DNA from: Acaryochloris marina MBIC11017
GTDB taxonomy: Bacteria; Cyanobacteriota; Cyanobacteriia; Thermosynechococcales; Thermosynechococcaceae
Direction of reading: 5' to 3'
DNA length: 32,000 nt
Assembly (NCBI RefSeq): GCF_000018105.1
Contig: NC_009925.1
Coordinates: forward strand, 120,001 to 152,000
Below are positions 1-8,149 of this stretch, piece by piece (within the stretch, counting starts at the first letter, position 1; each line of letters opens with the position of its first letter). The position numbers and the translations under genes are program-made. The notes under the pieces were generated by a model. The model was not told the DNA's origin. It made no database searches and worked only from the letters and a program-made list of their open reading frames with translations.

Positions 1-125
1 AGAGCAGCCCCATCGTTTATGAATTACAAAAAGGCAGGATCTCATCAAACATTAAGCCTGGCTTCAGTGCATTTTTCTTTGGAGTAGCCATAGTGGGGAT
101 GTGAAGTTAATAGCGAGCACACACT

Positions 126-743
126 ATGTCAGGCCACGAAGTTAATATCACCTTGTACCGATGGGCGGGAGCATGGGGCCCTTTTAAGGTCAAAATTCCT
201 TGTGGTGAATGTACCCTGACCAAAGATGTCATTCTAGACACCTTGGAGAATGAGTTAGCGGGCATTCCCGTCATACTCGAAATTCGCGAGTGGCTCACAG
301 AATGGTGGAAGCCCTTACTCAAAGGGGGATGGCATGCTCCGATTGTGATGGTCAATGGCAAAGTGATTAGCCAAGGTCATGCACTGAATCGAGGACTACT
401 GACAGAAGCCGTTACAGCCGCTTACGCATCCAAAGCCCCCATCCAAAGAAGCCATTTATTTGGGAAAGAAAGCTGTCCTCACTGCAAACGCGCCAAAGCC
501 TATTTAGACCAAGTAGGTATTCAGTACACCTACCACGATGTGGTTCGCAGCCCTCGCGCACTCTACGAAATGTTGGCCCGAGTAAAGCCCCTCGTTGGCC
601 CCAAAACCCCTATCACTGTTCCCCAAATTTGGTTGGGAGGACAATATATCGGGGGAGCGGATCGACTAGAGCAGGTCATGCAAGAGCAAGGATTATTCCG
701 GCCTGAGTTCAACACTGTGAAGACTACTCTTCAACCTAGATAA
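126..743 (+). CDS. two-domain thioredoxin-fold / glutaredoxin family protein
   Basis: 205-aa ORF. The N-terminal half has a CGEC motif. The C-terminal half has a CPHC active site followed by TVPQIWLGGQYIGGADRL, the classic glutaredoxin signature. Confidence 0.7.
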   Translation: MSGHEVNITLYRWAGAWGPFKVKIPCGECTLTKDVILDTLENELAGIPVILEIREWLTEWWKPLLKGGWHAPIVMVNGKVISQGHALNRGLLTEAVTAAYASKAPIQRSHLFGKESCPHCKRAKAYLDQVGIQYTYHDVVRSPRALYEMLARVKPLVGPKTPITVPQIWLGGQYIGGADRLEQVMQEQGLFRPEFNTVKTTLQPR

Positions 744-877
744 GAAAAAGGTTGGGCGTACTAACTTCCAGTTAATAACAACAGGCTAGAGTAGAGACAT
801 TGCCGTAAGCGGAAACGTTGAGTCCTGTTAAGCTAATACACGAACAACGAGAATAGGATTGATCCATTCTTGAGTAG

Positions 878-1663
878 ATGAATTCTCTCGTTTCTTTATC
901 CATGCCAACGATTACAAAAGCTTTTATTCAAGAGCTAGGGAATGGAAAACTAGAAACAGAAGAGCAACTTGTGGCAGAAGCCTTAACTCAGAAAGGAATA
1001 CCGTTTTCCTTCTTTACAGCCAAGCGTATTCGTCGCCGACAGCTCCCTCTGGATGAACATTCACTGGTCGTTGGCAACATCCCTTGTATTTTGGGGGCGT
1101 TGAAGCAACTGAACATTCCTACGCCAGCGCTGAATGACTATCCAGTTTGCCTACAAAGCTTCTTACATCGGCAGATTTGGCAATCCACCCTTTCTGAATT
1201 AGCCACAAGATTAGAGAGAGGGGACTATCCAGCCATCTTCGCCAAACCTTGTTCTCGTCGAAAGCAATTTACGGGGGCCATTTTTCAATCTGAGGTAGAT
1301 TTAGCCCAGGTTTCGGGGATATCTAAGCATGAAAACTTGATTTGCTCCGAAGTCGTCCACTGGCGCAGTGAATATCGTGTTTATGTTGTTCGGTCTCAAA
1401 TTAGGGGGATTCACCACTATGAGGGCGATCCACTTGAACCAATAGATCGAGACGCTGTTGAAGAAGCGATCCGTATCCTTAACGAATCGGGTGAGGCTTA
1501 TGCAGGTTATGCGATTGATTTTGGTGTTCTCGATTCTGGAAAAACTGCTTTGATTGAAATGAATGATGGATTTGCCGTTGGTGCCTATGGGGTGAGTGCC
1601 CAAGATTACACCGATATGGTTTGGTCGAGATGGGAAGAACTGCTTAGCCAGATGGCAACCTAG
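878..1663 (+). CDS. stand-alone ATP-grasp domain protein (R2K-clade / DUF4343-like)
   Basis: 261-aa ORF. The C-terminal YAIDFGVLDSGKTALIEMNDGFAVGAYG resembles the metal/ATP-binding end of small ATP-grasp ligases. The family call is from motif memory only. Confidence 0.55.
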   Translation: MNSLVSLSMPTITKAFIQELGNGKLETEEQLVAEALTQKGIPFSFFTAKRIRRRQLPLDEHSLVVGNIPCILGALKQLNIPTPALNDYPVCLQSFLHRQIWQSTLSELATRLERGDYPAIFAKPCSRRKQFTGAIFQSEVDLAQVSGISKHENLICSEVVHWRSEYRVYVVRSQIRGIHHYEGDPLEPIDRDAVEEAIRILNESGEAYAGYAIDFGVLDSGKTALIEMNDGFAVGAYGVSAQDYTDMVWSRWEELLSQMAT

Positions 1664-1693
1664 CTGACATATAGAGAAGGCTTTACTTCAGCT

Positions 1694-2344
1694 CTATTCC
1701 GCATGGGTTTCTTTGGTCTGTTCGCGAATCACTTCGCTCCAGTTATCATCTTTGATCGCCGACTCCAAATTTTGACGCCGTTCTGCCTCGCTCTGAGGCT
1801 GGGCACTACCAGCTACGCCTAAAGCCATGGCCTTCTGCAACTTCACCTTCTTCTCTTCATAGGCTTGCCGCTCTTGAGCAGACATGGCTTGAATCGCTGC
1901 ATCTTTAACTGTTCCAGCCCATTTTCCATCCCCGGTATTTCCAGGGGGAAGACTGGGGAAAGCTGCTATCCATTCATCCCTTAACTGCTCCATTTCAGCG
2001 CGTTTGGGAAATTTAAAAGTCTGAACTTTGACTTGGGCACAAATCTCCTCGCCGTGTTGGAAAATATGGCTCTTCAAAGAGAGGGAAACATTGCGGGAAT
2101 AGTTCACGTATTGGGGATTGCCTGCTTGATCAAAGACCGCATAAACCCCCGAAATCTTGACATCTCCAGAGGCTTCACACCAAGTCGCTACAGGAATCGG
2201 AGATTCGGCAGCTTGAGCTGTGGTTGGGGTCGTCGCTGTTTCAGCAGTATGTTCGTCATCGGAACTGTAGAGAAAGTCATGCAGTCCTTGATGGGCTTGC
2301 GGTACATTCTGATGCTCGATTGCATTCGGATTTTCGATACCCAC
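1694..2344 (-). CDS. hypothetical protein with GIY-YIG-like core
   Basis: 216-aa ORF. GVYAVFDQAGNPQYVNYSRNVSLSLKSH resembles the GIY..YIG..N..R..H nuclease core. The remainder is uncharacterised and Ala/Glu/Lys-rich. Confidence 0.4.
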   Translation of the reverse strand: MGIENPNAIEHQNVPQAHQGLHDFLYSSDDEHTAETATTPTTAQAAESPIPVATWCEASGDVKISGVYAVFDQAGNPQYVNYSRNVSLSLKSHIFQHGEEICAQVKVQTFKFPKRAEMEQLRDEWIAAFPSLPPGNTGDGKWAGTVKDAAIQAMSAQERQAYEEKKVKLQKAMALGVAGSAQPQSEAERRQNLESAIKDDNWSEVIREQTKETHAE

Positions 2345-2418
2345 AGGTTTAACTCCCTTGCCGACATGCCCTTATTATCAGTCATCACGATCCCCTCGCC
2401 AGAAAATTTAGCCAAACT

Positions 2419-2445
2419 TGTCACAGCTGGGGCACCTCTCCCGTC
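2419..2445 (+). promoter_or_regulatory. ECF41-type sigma factor promoter (TGTCACA-N16-CGTC)
   Basis: TGTCACA lies at 2419-2425, followed by an exactly 16-nt spacer, then CGTC at 2442-2445. This is 34 nt upstream of the CMD gene ATG at 2479. The gene cluster ends in an ECF41-like sigma factor. Confidence 0.65.
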
Positions 2446-2478
2446 TCCTATATAGACACATAATTTGGGAGAAATTCC

Positions 2479-2940
2479 ATGACGCAACGATTCGATTTCA
2501 GTCAATCCGATCCAAAAGCCCATCAAGCGATGCTGGGGTTGGAAGCCTATCTCCGTCAGTGCGGCCTGCCGCCACAATTGCTGCATTTGATCAAAACCAG
2601 AGCTTCTCAGCTTAACGGCTGTGCCTTTTGTATTGATATGCATACCAAAGAGGCCAGAGCTGATGGAGAATCGGAGCAAAGGCTCTATGCCCTCAGTGCC
2701 TGGGCAGAAACACCCTTTTTCACACCCGCAGAACGAGCTGCCCTAGCCTTAACTGAGGTTGTCACCCGGATCTCTGAGCAAGCGGTTCCTGATGCGGTCT
2801 ATGCTGAAGCGTGCCAACATTACTCAGAAGCAGAAGTGACACAGCTACTGATAGCAATTGTGACCATCAATAGTTGGAATCGTCTGGTGATCGCATCCCA
2901 AGTCCTGCCCGGTAGCTACACTGTTCCAGTCGCCGCTTGA
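2479..2940 (+). CDS. carboxymuconolactone decarboxylase (AhpD-like) family protein
   Basis: 153-aa ORF with the CxxC-H core (NGCAFCIDMH) typical of the AhpD/CMD family. A GGGAGA Shine-Dalgarno sequence lies upstream. Confidence 0.85.
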   Translation: MTQRFDFSQSDPKAHQAMLGLEAYLRQCGLPPQLLHLIKTRASQLNGCAFCIDMHTKEARADGESEQRLYALSAWAETPFFTPAERAALALTEVVTRISEQAVPDAVYAEACQHYSEAEVTQLLIAIVTINSWNRLVIASQVLPGSYTVPVAA

Positions 2941-2948
2941 GCCACATC

Positions 2949-3353
2949 ATGAGTCATCAAACAACTCCCATCACCCGAGTGGTGATCGCCCATACTCTGA
3001 TTAGTGCTCTACATGGCCTAGCCCATCTGCTCATTCCGGTTCCGATCTCAGTCTTACAAGCCCTGTTTATTGCGGGGGTGATTTCAGCGCTGCCAATCGT
3101 TGCCGTGGTTTTGGTCTGGAGACAGCAGGTTAAATGGGCTTCAACGGTGCTGTTAGTATCGATGGCAGGGTCTCTTCTCTTTGGTCTGTACAACCACTTT
3201 GTTGTTATCAGCCCCGATCATTTTTCTCAGATGCCTCCCACGAGTTTGGGAGTTCTATTTCAGGTCACGGCAATTCTACTGGCCGTCTCGGAAGGCATTG
3301 GTATTGGAGTTAGTGTATGGGCACTCAACCCTCGGCAGCCTCTCATCCCTTAA
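2949..3353 (+). CDS. small integral membrane protein (about 4 TM helices), function unknown
   Basis: The ORF-track start at 2937 is TTG and overlaps the CMD stop, so the ATG at 2949 is more plausible. There are four hydrophobic stretches (VVIAHTLISALHGLAHLLI, FIAGVISALPIVAVVLVW, VLLVSMAGSLLFGLY, VLFQVTAILLAVSEGIGIGVSVW). The 3' end overlaps the sigma-factor ORF. Confidence 0.6.
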   Translation: MSHQTTPITRVVIAHTLISALHGLAHLLIPVPISVLQALFIAGVISALPIVAVVLVWRQQVKWASTVLLVSMAGSLLFGLYNHFVVISPDHFSQMPPTSLGVLFQVTAILLAVSEGIGIGVSVWALNPRQPLIP

Positions 3354-4237
3354 CGGATGATTTTTTGGAGTATCGGTCGCTTTTGTTTGCGATCGCATAT
3401 CGGATGCTGGGTACCGTTATGGATGCGGAGGACATGGTGCAGGATACCTTCCTCAAATGGCAGACCGTCTCAAAATCCCAGGTGCGGTCTGCCAAAAGCT
3501 ATCTGACCACCATCATTACTCGGCTGTGTATCGACCGATTGCGATCCGCTCAAGTCCAGCGCGAGCAATATATTGGCCCTTGGCTACCGGAGCCGATTGT
3601 CTCTGATCTCTCAGCCGATCCCAATCATCGAGTGGAACTAGCTGACTCCCTAACAATGGCCTTTTTGGTCATGCTGGAACGACTCTCTCCCATTGAGAGG
3701 GCCGTTTTTCTATTAAGGGAGATCTTTGACTATGACTACGACGACATTGCACCCATTGTTGATAAGAGTACGGTGAACTGTCGCCAAATTGCTCGCCGTG
3801 CTCGGCAACAGGTAACCAAACCGCGATCGCGATTTCCGTCTTCCCCTGAACAGCATCAACAACTCACCTTAAAATTTATGCAGGCCTGCCAGCAGGGAGA
3901 GATGGAGGATTTACTTCAATATCTGGCTGATGATATTACCCTCTGGTCGGATGGCGGGGGTCAAGTTACCGCAGCCCTTAAGCCCATTCAGGGCTCAGCA
4001 AAAGTGAGTGGTTTCCTCCGAGCTATCTATCGGTATCAGAGCAAATTGGGGTTCACTCCAGATCTAGAACTAGTCCAGGTCAATGGCCAGACTGGCATTC
4101 AGTTCTCCATCTCAGGCCAAGTAGAAACGATTGCTGTTTTAGAAACGACAGGGCAACAAATCATATCGATCTTTTTTATCAGAAATCCCCAAAAATTGAA
4201 GATAGAGCAAACTCATCCTTCCAGCATCTTGGATTGA
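3317..4237 (+). CDS. ECF sigma factor, ECF41/SigJ-like, with a fused C-terminal regulatory (SnoaL/NTF2-like) extension
   Basis: 306 aa. Sigma region 2 is AYRMLGTVMDAEDMVQDTFLKW. Region 4 is ERAVFLLREIFDYDYDDIAPIVDKSTVNCRQIARRAR. A C-terminal extension of about 100 aa follows. It is adjacent to a CMD gene and an ECF41-type promoter. The start could instead be a few codons downstream. Confidence 0.85.
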   Translation: MGTQPSAASHPLTDDFLEYRSLLFAIAYRMLGTVMDAEDMVQDTFLKWQTVSKSQVRSAKSYLTTIITRLCIDRLRSAQVQREQYIGPWLPEPIVSDLSADPNHRVELADSLTMAFLVMLERLSPIERAVFLLREIFDYDYDDIAPIVDKSTVNCRQIARRARQQVTKPRSRFPSSPEQHQQLTLKFMQACQQGEMEDLLQYLADDITLWSDGGGQVTAALKPIQGSAKVSGFLRAIYRYQSKLGFTPDLELVQVNGQTGIQFSISGQVETIAVLETTGQQIISIFFIRNPQKLKIEQTHPSSILD

Positions 4238-4423
4238 GAAAAATCTAAGTTCTCCCATTCAAATCTCAATCATGATGCACTTATAATTCATGATGTCTTT
4301 TTCTACTAATGGGTAATATACTCTATAAGATCATTACGGTAAGCTGGCCATTTACTCAAACAGCTAAAAAACGAAACGTCGCTAACAGTCAGTGCAAGTT
4401 GTAAGTCAATCTATGGGGGGACT

Positions 4424-4681
4424 GTGACTGACCTTCATATCAAAGCCTTGGATTTAGCCAGGGAAGGGAAATGGCATGAAGCGCATCACTTAGTAGAGCG
4501 CCAATCAGATCAAACGTCTTGCCTCATTCATGGTTACTTACATCGGGTCGAAGGCGATATAAGTAATGCTAAATATTGGTACCGTCGAGCTGGGGAAGGA
4601 ATGCCCGATAATACTTTGGCTGAAGAATTAAGGTGTTTATATAAAGTTGCCAAATCTGCAAAAAAACGCCAACGTCAGTAA
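4424..4681 (+). CDS. conserved hypothetical small protein
   Basis: 85-aa ORF with a GTG start preceded by a G-rich stretch. The helical sequence (CLIHGYLHRVEGDISNAKYWYRRAG) looks protein-like. I cannot assign a family. Confidence 0.5.
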   Translation: MTDLHIKALDLAREGKWHEAHHLVERQSDQTSCLIHGYLHRVEGDISNAKYWYRRAGEGMPDNTLAEELRCLYKVAKSAKKRQRQ

Positions 4682-4759
4682 TTCTTGAGTCGCATGCAAA
4701 CTGTTGGCCATTAACTTTTTAGATCCTTTGTACCATTCACCAAGGCAAGTCAAAGTAGA

Positions 4760-4793
4760 TTGTTGTCCTACTCATCAAATGGCAGGACAACAA
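4760..4793. other. perfect 10-bp stem hairpin (TTGTTGTCCT / AGGACAACAA, 14-nt loop)
   Basis: Read directly from the sequence, about 80 nt downstream of the 85-aa ORF. There is no U-tail on either strand, so it is not a canonical intrinsic terminator. Confidence 0.4.
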
Positions 4794-4958
4794 GAGAAAT
4801 AACTGTGTGCATCAAACATCAGATGTTGATAAATTGCCAGTAATTCCTTGGGCAGTCGGATGTCAGATGGATTGACTGTAACTGGAGGAAATGGATTGAC
4901 TCTAATCATGCCTTTCAAGGACGAGCCAAACAACCTCATGACTTAGCTCAACTGAATC

Positions 4959-5465
4959 ATGTCAGCAAAAGCGCCATTTACTATCGAAAGAATTGGTTGG
5001 TATGACATCACCGAAAGACAGCGTGAGTTCTTTTGCTTTGAAGATGATTATCTACCACTACCTAAGGAACATGCATTACAGATTCACTTGTTAACATCAT
5101 CTTCAGCACAGCGAGTTTGGGAATGGCTTAGCCCTTCACTTCCTTCAGGATGGCCTGCCTCTAAACACAGATTCGCAAAGCGTACCGCTTTCAAACTTGA
5201 TGACGAGCACTGGAATTTAGATTCTGGAATCCAGATTGTTCGACAGTGGCTTCACGATCTTGGTATTCCCTACTCCACAGATATATTCCTCATTTATGAA
5301 GCGGACAAAATTGTTCAAATGCCCTGGAAATTGGTTGTTAAATATTGGAATGCACTGGCGTGGTCTATCGGGAACTATATGCTAACAATGGACTGTACTC
5401 GACAATGGGCCTGTTGTTTTCACCATGAAGAAGTAATCATATTTGGGACATTTTCCAAAAAATGA
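4959..5465 (+). CDS. hypothetical protein (AT-rich orphan gene)
   Basis: 168-aa Trp-rich ORF. My hand counts over three 60-nt blocks give 33-42% G+C, against about 50% in neighbouring core genes. I recognised no motif. Confidence 0.5.
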   Translation: MSAKAPFTIERIGWYDITERQREFFCFEDDYLPLPKEHALQIHLLTSSSAQRVWEWLSPSLPSGWPASKHRFAKRTAFKLDDEHWNLDSGIQIVRQWLHDLGIPYSTDIFLIYEADKIVQMPWKLVVKYWNALAWSIGNYMLTMDCTRQWACCFHHEEVIIFGTFSKK

Positions 5466-5563
5466 GTTGAAGTTGATAGGCTCGAGAGCTTAGAACCTAA
5501 CAAAAGCCTCCACAACTCGTCTGTTGCAGATGTTTCCCTTTTTCCTTAAACGTTTCAATCAAA

Positions 5564-6058
5564 TTGAAAAACAAGGACAAAAAGCTAATCCCATTTAAGA
5601 AAATCGTGTCCGGTGGCCAAACAGGGGCCGATCGTGCTGCCTTGGATTGGGCTATGGTCATGGAAATCGAACATGGAGGATGGTGTCCCCAAGGTCGACG
5701 GGCTGAAGATGGGATTATTCCAACCTGTTACCACTTGCAAGAAACACCTTCTTCAGCCTATGCTCAGCGGACAGAATGGAATATTCGCGATTCTGATGCC
5801 ACAGTTATCTTGTCCCTGTCATCCTTACTTGGCGGAGGCACCCTCTTAACCCAGCAATTGGCTCAGCAAATCGAAAAGCCTTGGATACATCTCCATGCAG
5901 GTATGGGGATACAGAATGGCGCTGCTCATCTCCATCAGTTTGTCAGCCAGTTCTCGATTAAAGTCCTAAATATTGCTGGCCCCCGACAGTCGGAGGAACC
6001 CACCATTGGCGAGTTCTTGACCCAAGTAATGAACACCGCCTTTACTAGAAACGATTAG
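5564..6058 (+). CDS. SLOG-superfamily protein, 'putative molybdenum carrier'/YpsA-like
   Basis: 164 aa with a TTG start. IVSGGQTGADRAALDWA...GGWCPQGRRAEDG...RTEWNIRDSDATVIL matches the GGQTG-DRAA / CP-GRRAEDG pattern of this family. Confidence 0.65.
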   Translation: MKNKDKKLIPFKKIVSGGQTGADRAALDWAMVMEIEHGGWCPQGRRAEDGIIPTCYHLQETPSSAYAQRTEWNIRDSDATVILSLSSLLGGGTLLTQQLAQQIEKPWIHLHAGMGIQNGAAHLHQFVSQFSIKVLNIAGPRQSEEPTIGEFLTQVMNTAFTRND

Positions 6059-6077
6059 CCCCTTTCCCTAGGCTGAG

Positions 6078-6566
6078 ATGCATCATGTCCACGTCAAAAT
6101 TGTGATTCGAGCTGATCAACAAACCGTTTTTCAAGCCATTTCCGACCATGAGAAGTTCTTGAATCGTCCTGAAGTTAAGTGCCAACTTATCAAAGAAGGT
6201 TCCGACTCCATCAATGGCTGCGGTGCCATCAGAGAAGTTACTCTATCCTGGGGCACTTTTCAGGAGGAAGTGACTGTTTTCCAAGCCCCTAACCATTTTG
6301 AATATAAGATTCGTTCTTTCTCCAATACTCAGGGAGAGTCAGGTTCCTTCCAGCATGATCGAGGCTGGTTGGATTTTTCATCTGAAAACGAGGGAACACA
6401 AATCGATTGGCATACTCGATTTGAAATCCCTAGTCCAATGGGTCAAAGCATCATCGAATGGTTAGCTGGGTGGCGAACCCAAAGGATGTTTATGAAACTA
6501 TTGCATCAAGTCAAAACCAAACTTGAGGATTCTCCAATTGTAGATACCATAGCAGGGCTGTTTTAA
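6078..6566 (+). CDS. SRPBCC (polyketide cyclase/START-like) family protein with its 3' end rewritten by an IS insertion
   Basis: 162-aa ORF with a START-like pattern. The last 4 codons and the stop (AGLF*) lie inside the left inverted repeat of the ISAs1 element. Confidence 0.55.
   Translation: MHHVHVKIVIRADQQTVFQAISDHEKFLNRPEVKCQLIKEGSDSINGCGAIREVTLSWGTFQEEVTVFQAPNHFEYKIRSFSNTQGESGSFQHDRGWLDFSSENEGTQIDWHTRFEIPSPMGQSIIEWLAGWRTQRMFMKLLHQVKTKLEDSPIVDTIAGLF
6543..6552. repeat. target-site duplication (GATACCATAG), left copy
   Basis: The identical 10-mer recurs at 7719-7728, immediately outside the two inverted repeats of the ISAs1 element. Confidence 0.8.
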
Positions 6567-7718
6567 GTTAGCAGCGAAAAAATGATGTCGACCCGATTAG
6601 CAAGCTTAGTCATAGCGGTTTTGAGGGATTGATAGCCGTTTAGACGCAGAATATTAATCACAATGGTTCTAAGCACTGACCAATTGAGCAGTGCTTGTTC
6701 ATCCTCTAGTCGATAATCATCTTCACCAAAGACCACATCCTTCGGCCAATGCAACCGATTTTCAATGCCCCAATGCTCTCGGACCAGAGATTGCCAATGA
6801 TGGGGTGAGGTGGCAGCTGAACTGATGTAATAGGCCGTGTTGTGATACGCCTTGCCTTGACGAGTACCCCATCGCTGGACACAAAGCACCGAGCGAATGG
6901 CTTCCCACTCTTGTAGGGCTATGCCGACAGGCTCATAAACCTGGATACACCGATGTTCCTCTCGTCCTCTACTCTGTATGGAGTGGGTATGCTCAGCCAT
7001 GGGTTTAAGACACTCAAAGTAAGTCTGGAGGTGGTCGTAAAGACGGCCCTGATTGCGCTTAACGGCGATAAGATAGTCATTAACCGAAGCCACAACTTGC
7101 TGAAGTGTTTTTTTGGGCGTGTAAGGCATCCATGGTGATTAACAAGCCATCGAGTTGTAGTGTTTCCAATAGAGCCTGGACGACTTTGATTTCGCTATTA
7201 TCCTCCTGAGTGAGGGCTTCGAGCTTGAGGGTGATGCCTGCTTCCACTGCGAATATACTCACCAATCCTACAAAACGCTGCTTGCCGTTTTCATCGGTGA
7301 GCCCCTGACAAATCCGTTTGCCATCCATGGATGCTGCATAATTATCGGGAGAGTGAGTCTGAGCTTTCGAGAGCATCCAAGCTTCAAATTGGTGGCTCAA
7401 CGATTGGAAGTCAAGCCCCTTCATCACGCGTCGAAAGGTACAGTGAGACGGAACTTGGAAGTTCTCCAGTCCCAACAGCTCACATAAAGGCTGCTGATAA
7501 TCGCTCGTAAAAGTTTCTAAGGGACAATACCCCTGGTATCCAGCGAGCATGCCCATCACCATCAAGAGCAATAGAAGCCATAACGGATGAGTACGACCAC
7601 GGGCACTGCGGAAGTCAGGGACTTGCTTCAAGGTATCGATCAGATGGCTCATCGGTCTCTCTACTCTTATTCAGTAGAACCATCCTATTTTTTCTAGGAG
7701 GAACGTAAAACAACCCTG
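6553..7718 (-). mobile_element. ISAs1-family insertion sequence (1166 bp)
   Basis: The terminal inverted repeats are CAGGGCTGTTTTA (6553-6565) and the reverse complement of 7706-7718, CAGGGTTGTTTTA (12/13 match). A 10-bp direct repeat flanks the element. It encodes an ISAs1/H-repeat-type DDE transposase. Confidence 0.85.
6563..7652 (-). pseudogene. ISAs1-family transposase split into two ORFs (190 + 188 aa) by a frameshift in an A7 tract
   Basis: The ORFs 7652..7080 and 7129..6563 overlap. Motifs present are DALHAQK, VKRNQGRL and HWGIENRLHWPKDVVFGED. Removing one A from the AAAAAAA run (T7 at 7108-7114 on the + strand) gives a continuous ...DALHAQKTLQQVVASVNDYLIAVKRNQ... reading frame. Confidence 0.8.
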
Positions 7719-7728
7719 GATACCATAG
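7719..7728. repeat. target-site duplication (GATACCATAG), right copy
   Basis: See the left copy. Downstream it continues GGT GGC TGA, the presumed original end of the SRPBCC gene. Confidence 0.8.
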
Positions 7729-7968
7729 GTGGCTGAACGGTACCATCACTATCTAGATGTTTGAGGCTGTTTCAAGACTTTCACCCAAAGGCAGTCAAGG
7801 TTTAAGGAATCAGACAATCTCAATGGGTGTGATGATTCTCAACGGTAGATTGACTACTTTTGTTATCGTTCCACCATCTCGTCATTCTTCCCGAACCATT
7901 AAAACCAATCGTAACGGTGGGGCCAGGTTTCCATCCTGGGATATATTGTTGGGAACCTGCTGAACTCA

Positions 7969-7999
7969 AAAGCCCCAACACACAATGGCGTTGGGGCTC
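7969..7999 (-). terminator. putative intrinsic terminator
   Basis: A perfect 9-bp stem AGCCCCAAC/GTTGGGGCT (7972-7980 / 7991-7999) has a 10-nt loop. On the minus strand it is followed by CTTTTGAG. It lies downstream of the minus-strand ORF 8150..8425. Confidence 0.4.
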
Positions 8000-8149
8000 A
8001 CACAAATTTGGGATCAGCGGGGCAATCAGGTACTGTGGCTTTTGCAATCCCTTTGGCTCAAGCGAGTCCAAGGGTTAGCCTCCCTGTTTTAGCCCTCAAT
8101 CCTGTCTAATGAGGAGCATCAAGCAGTCGAAGAAAACGTCTCAAATCAC

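Noticed and set aside
2033-2679. ORF-track entries 2033..2455 (+, 140 aa), 2188..2679 (-, 163 aa) and 2418..2615 (+, 65 aa)
   Set aside because: They overlap or run antisense to the well-supported GIY-YIG-like and CMD genes and span the divergent promoter region. Their amino-acid composition is odd and they carry no motifs.
7757-8078. Three overlapping small ORFs (68, 83 and 72 aa) between the ISAs1 element and the 91-aa gene
   Set aside because: They overlap one another in different frames. None has a ribosome-binding site or a recognisable motif. The region more likely holds UTRs and the terminator hairpin at 7972-7999.
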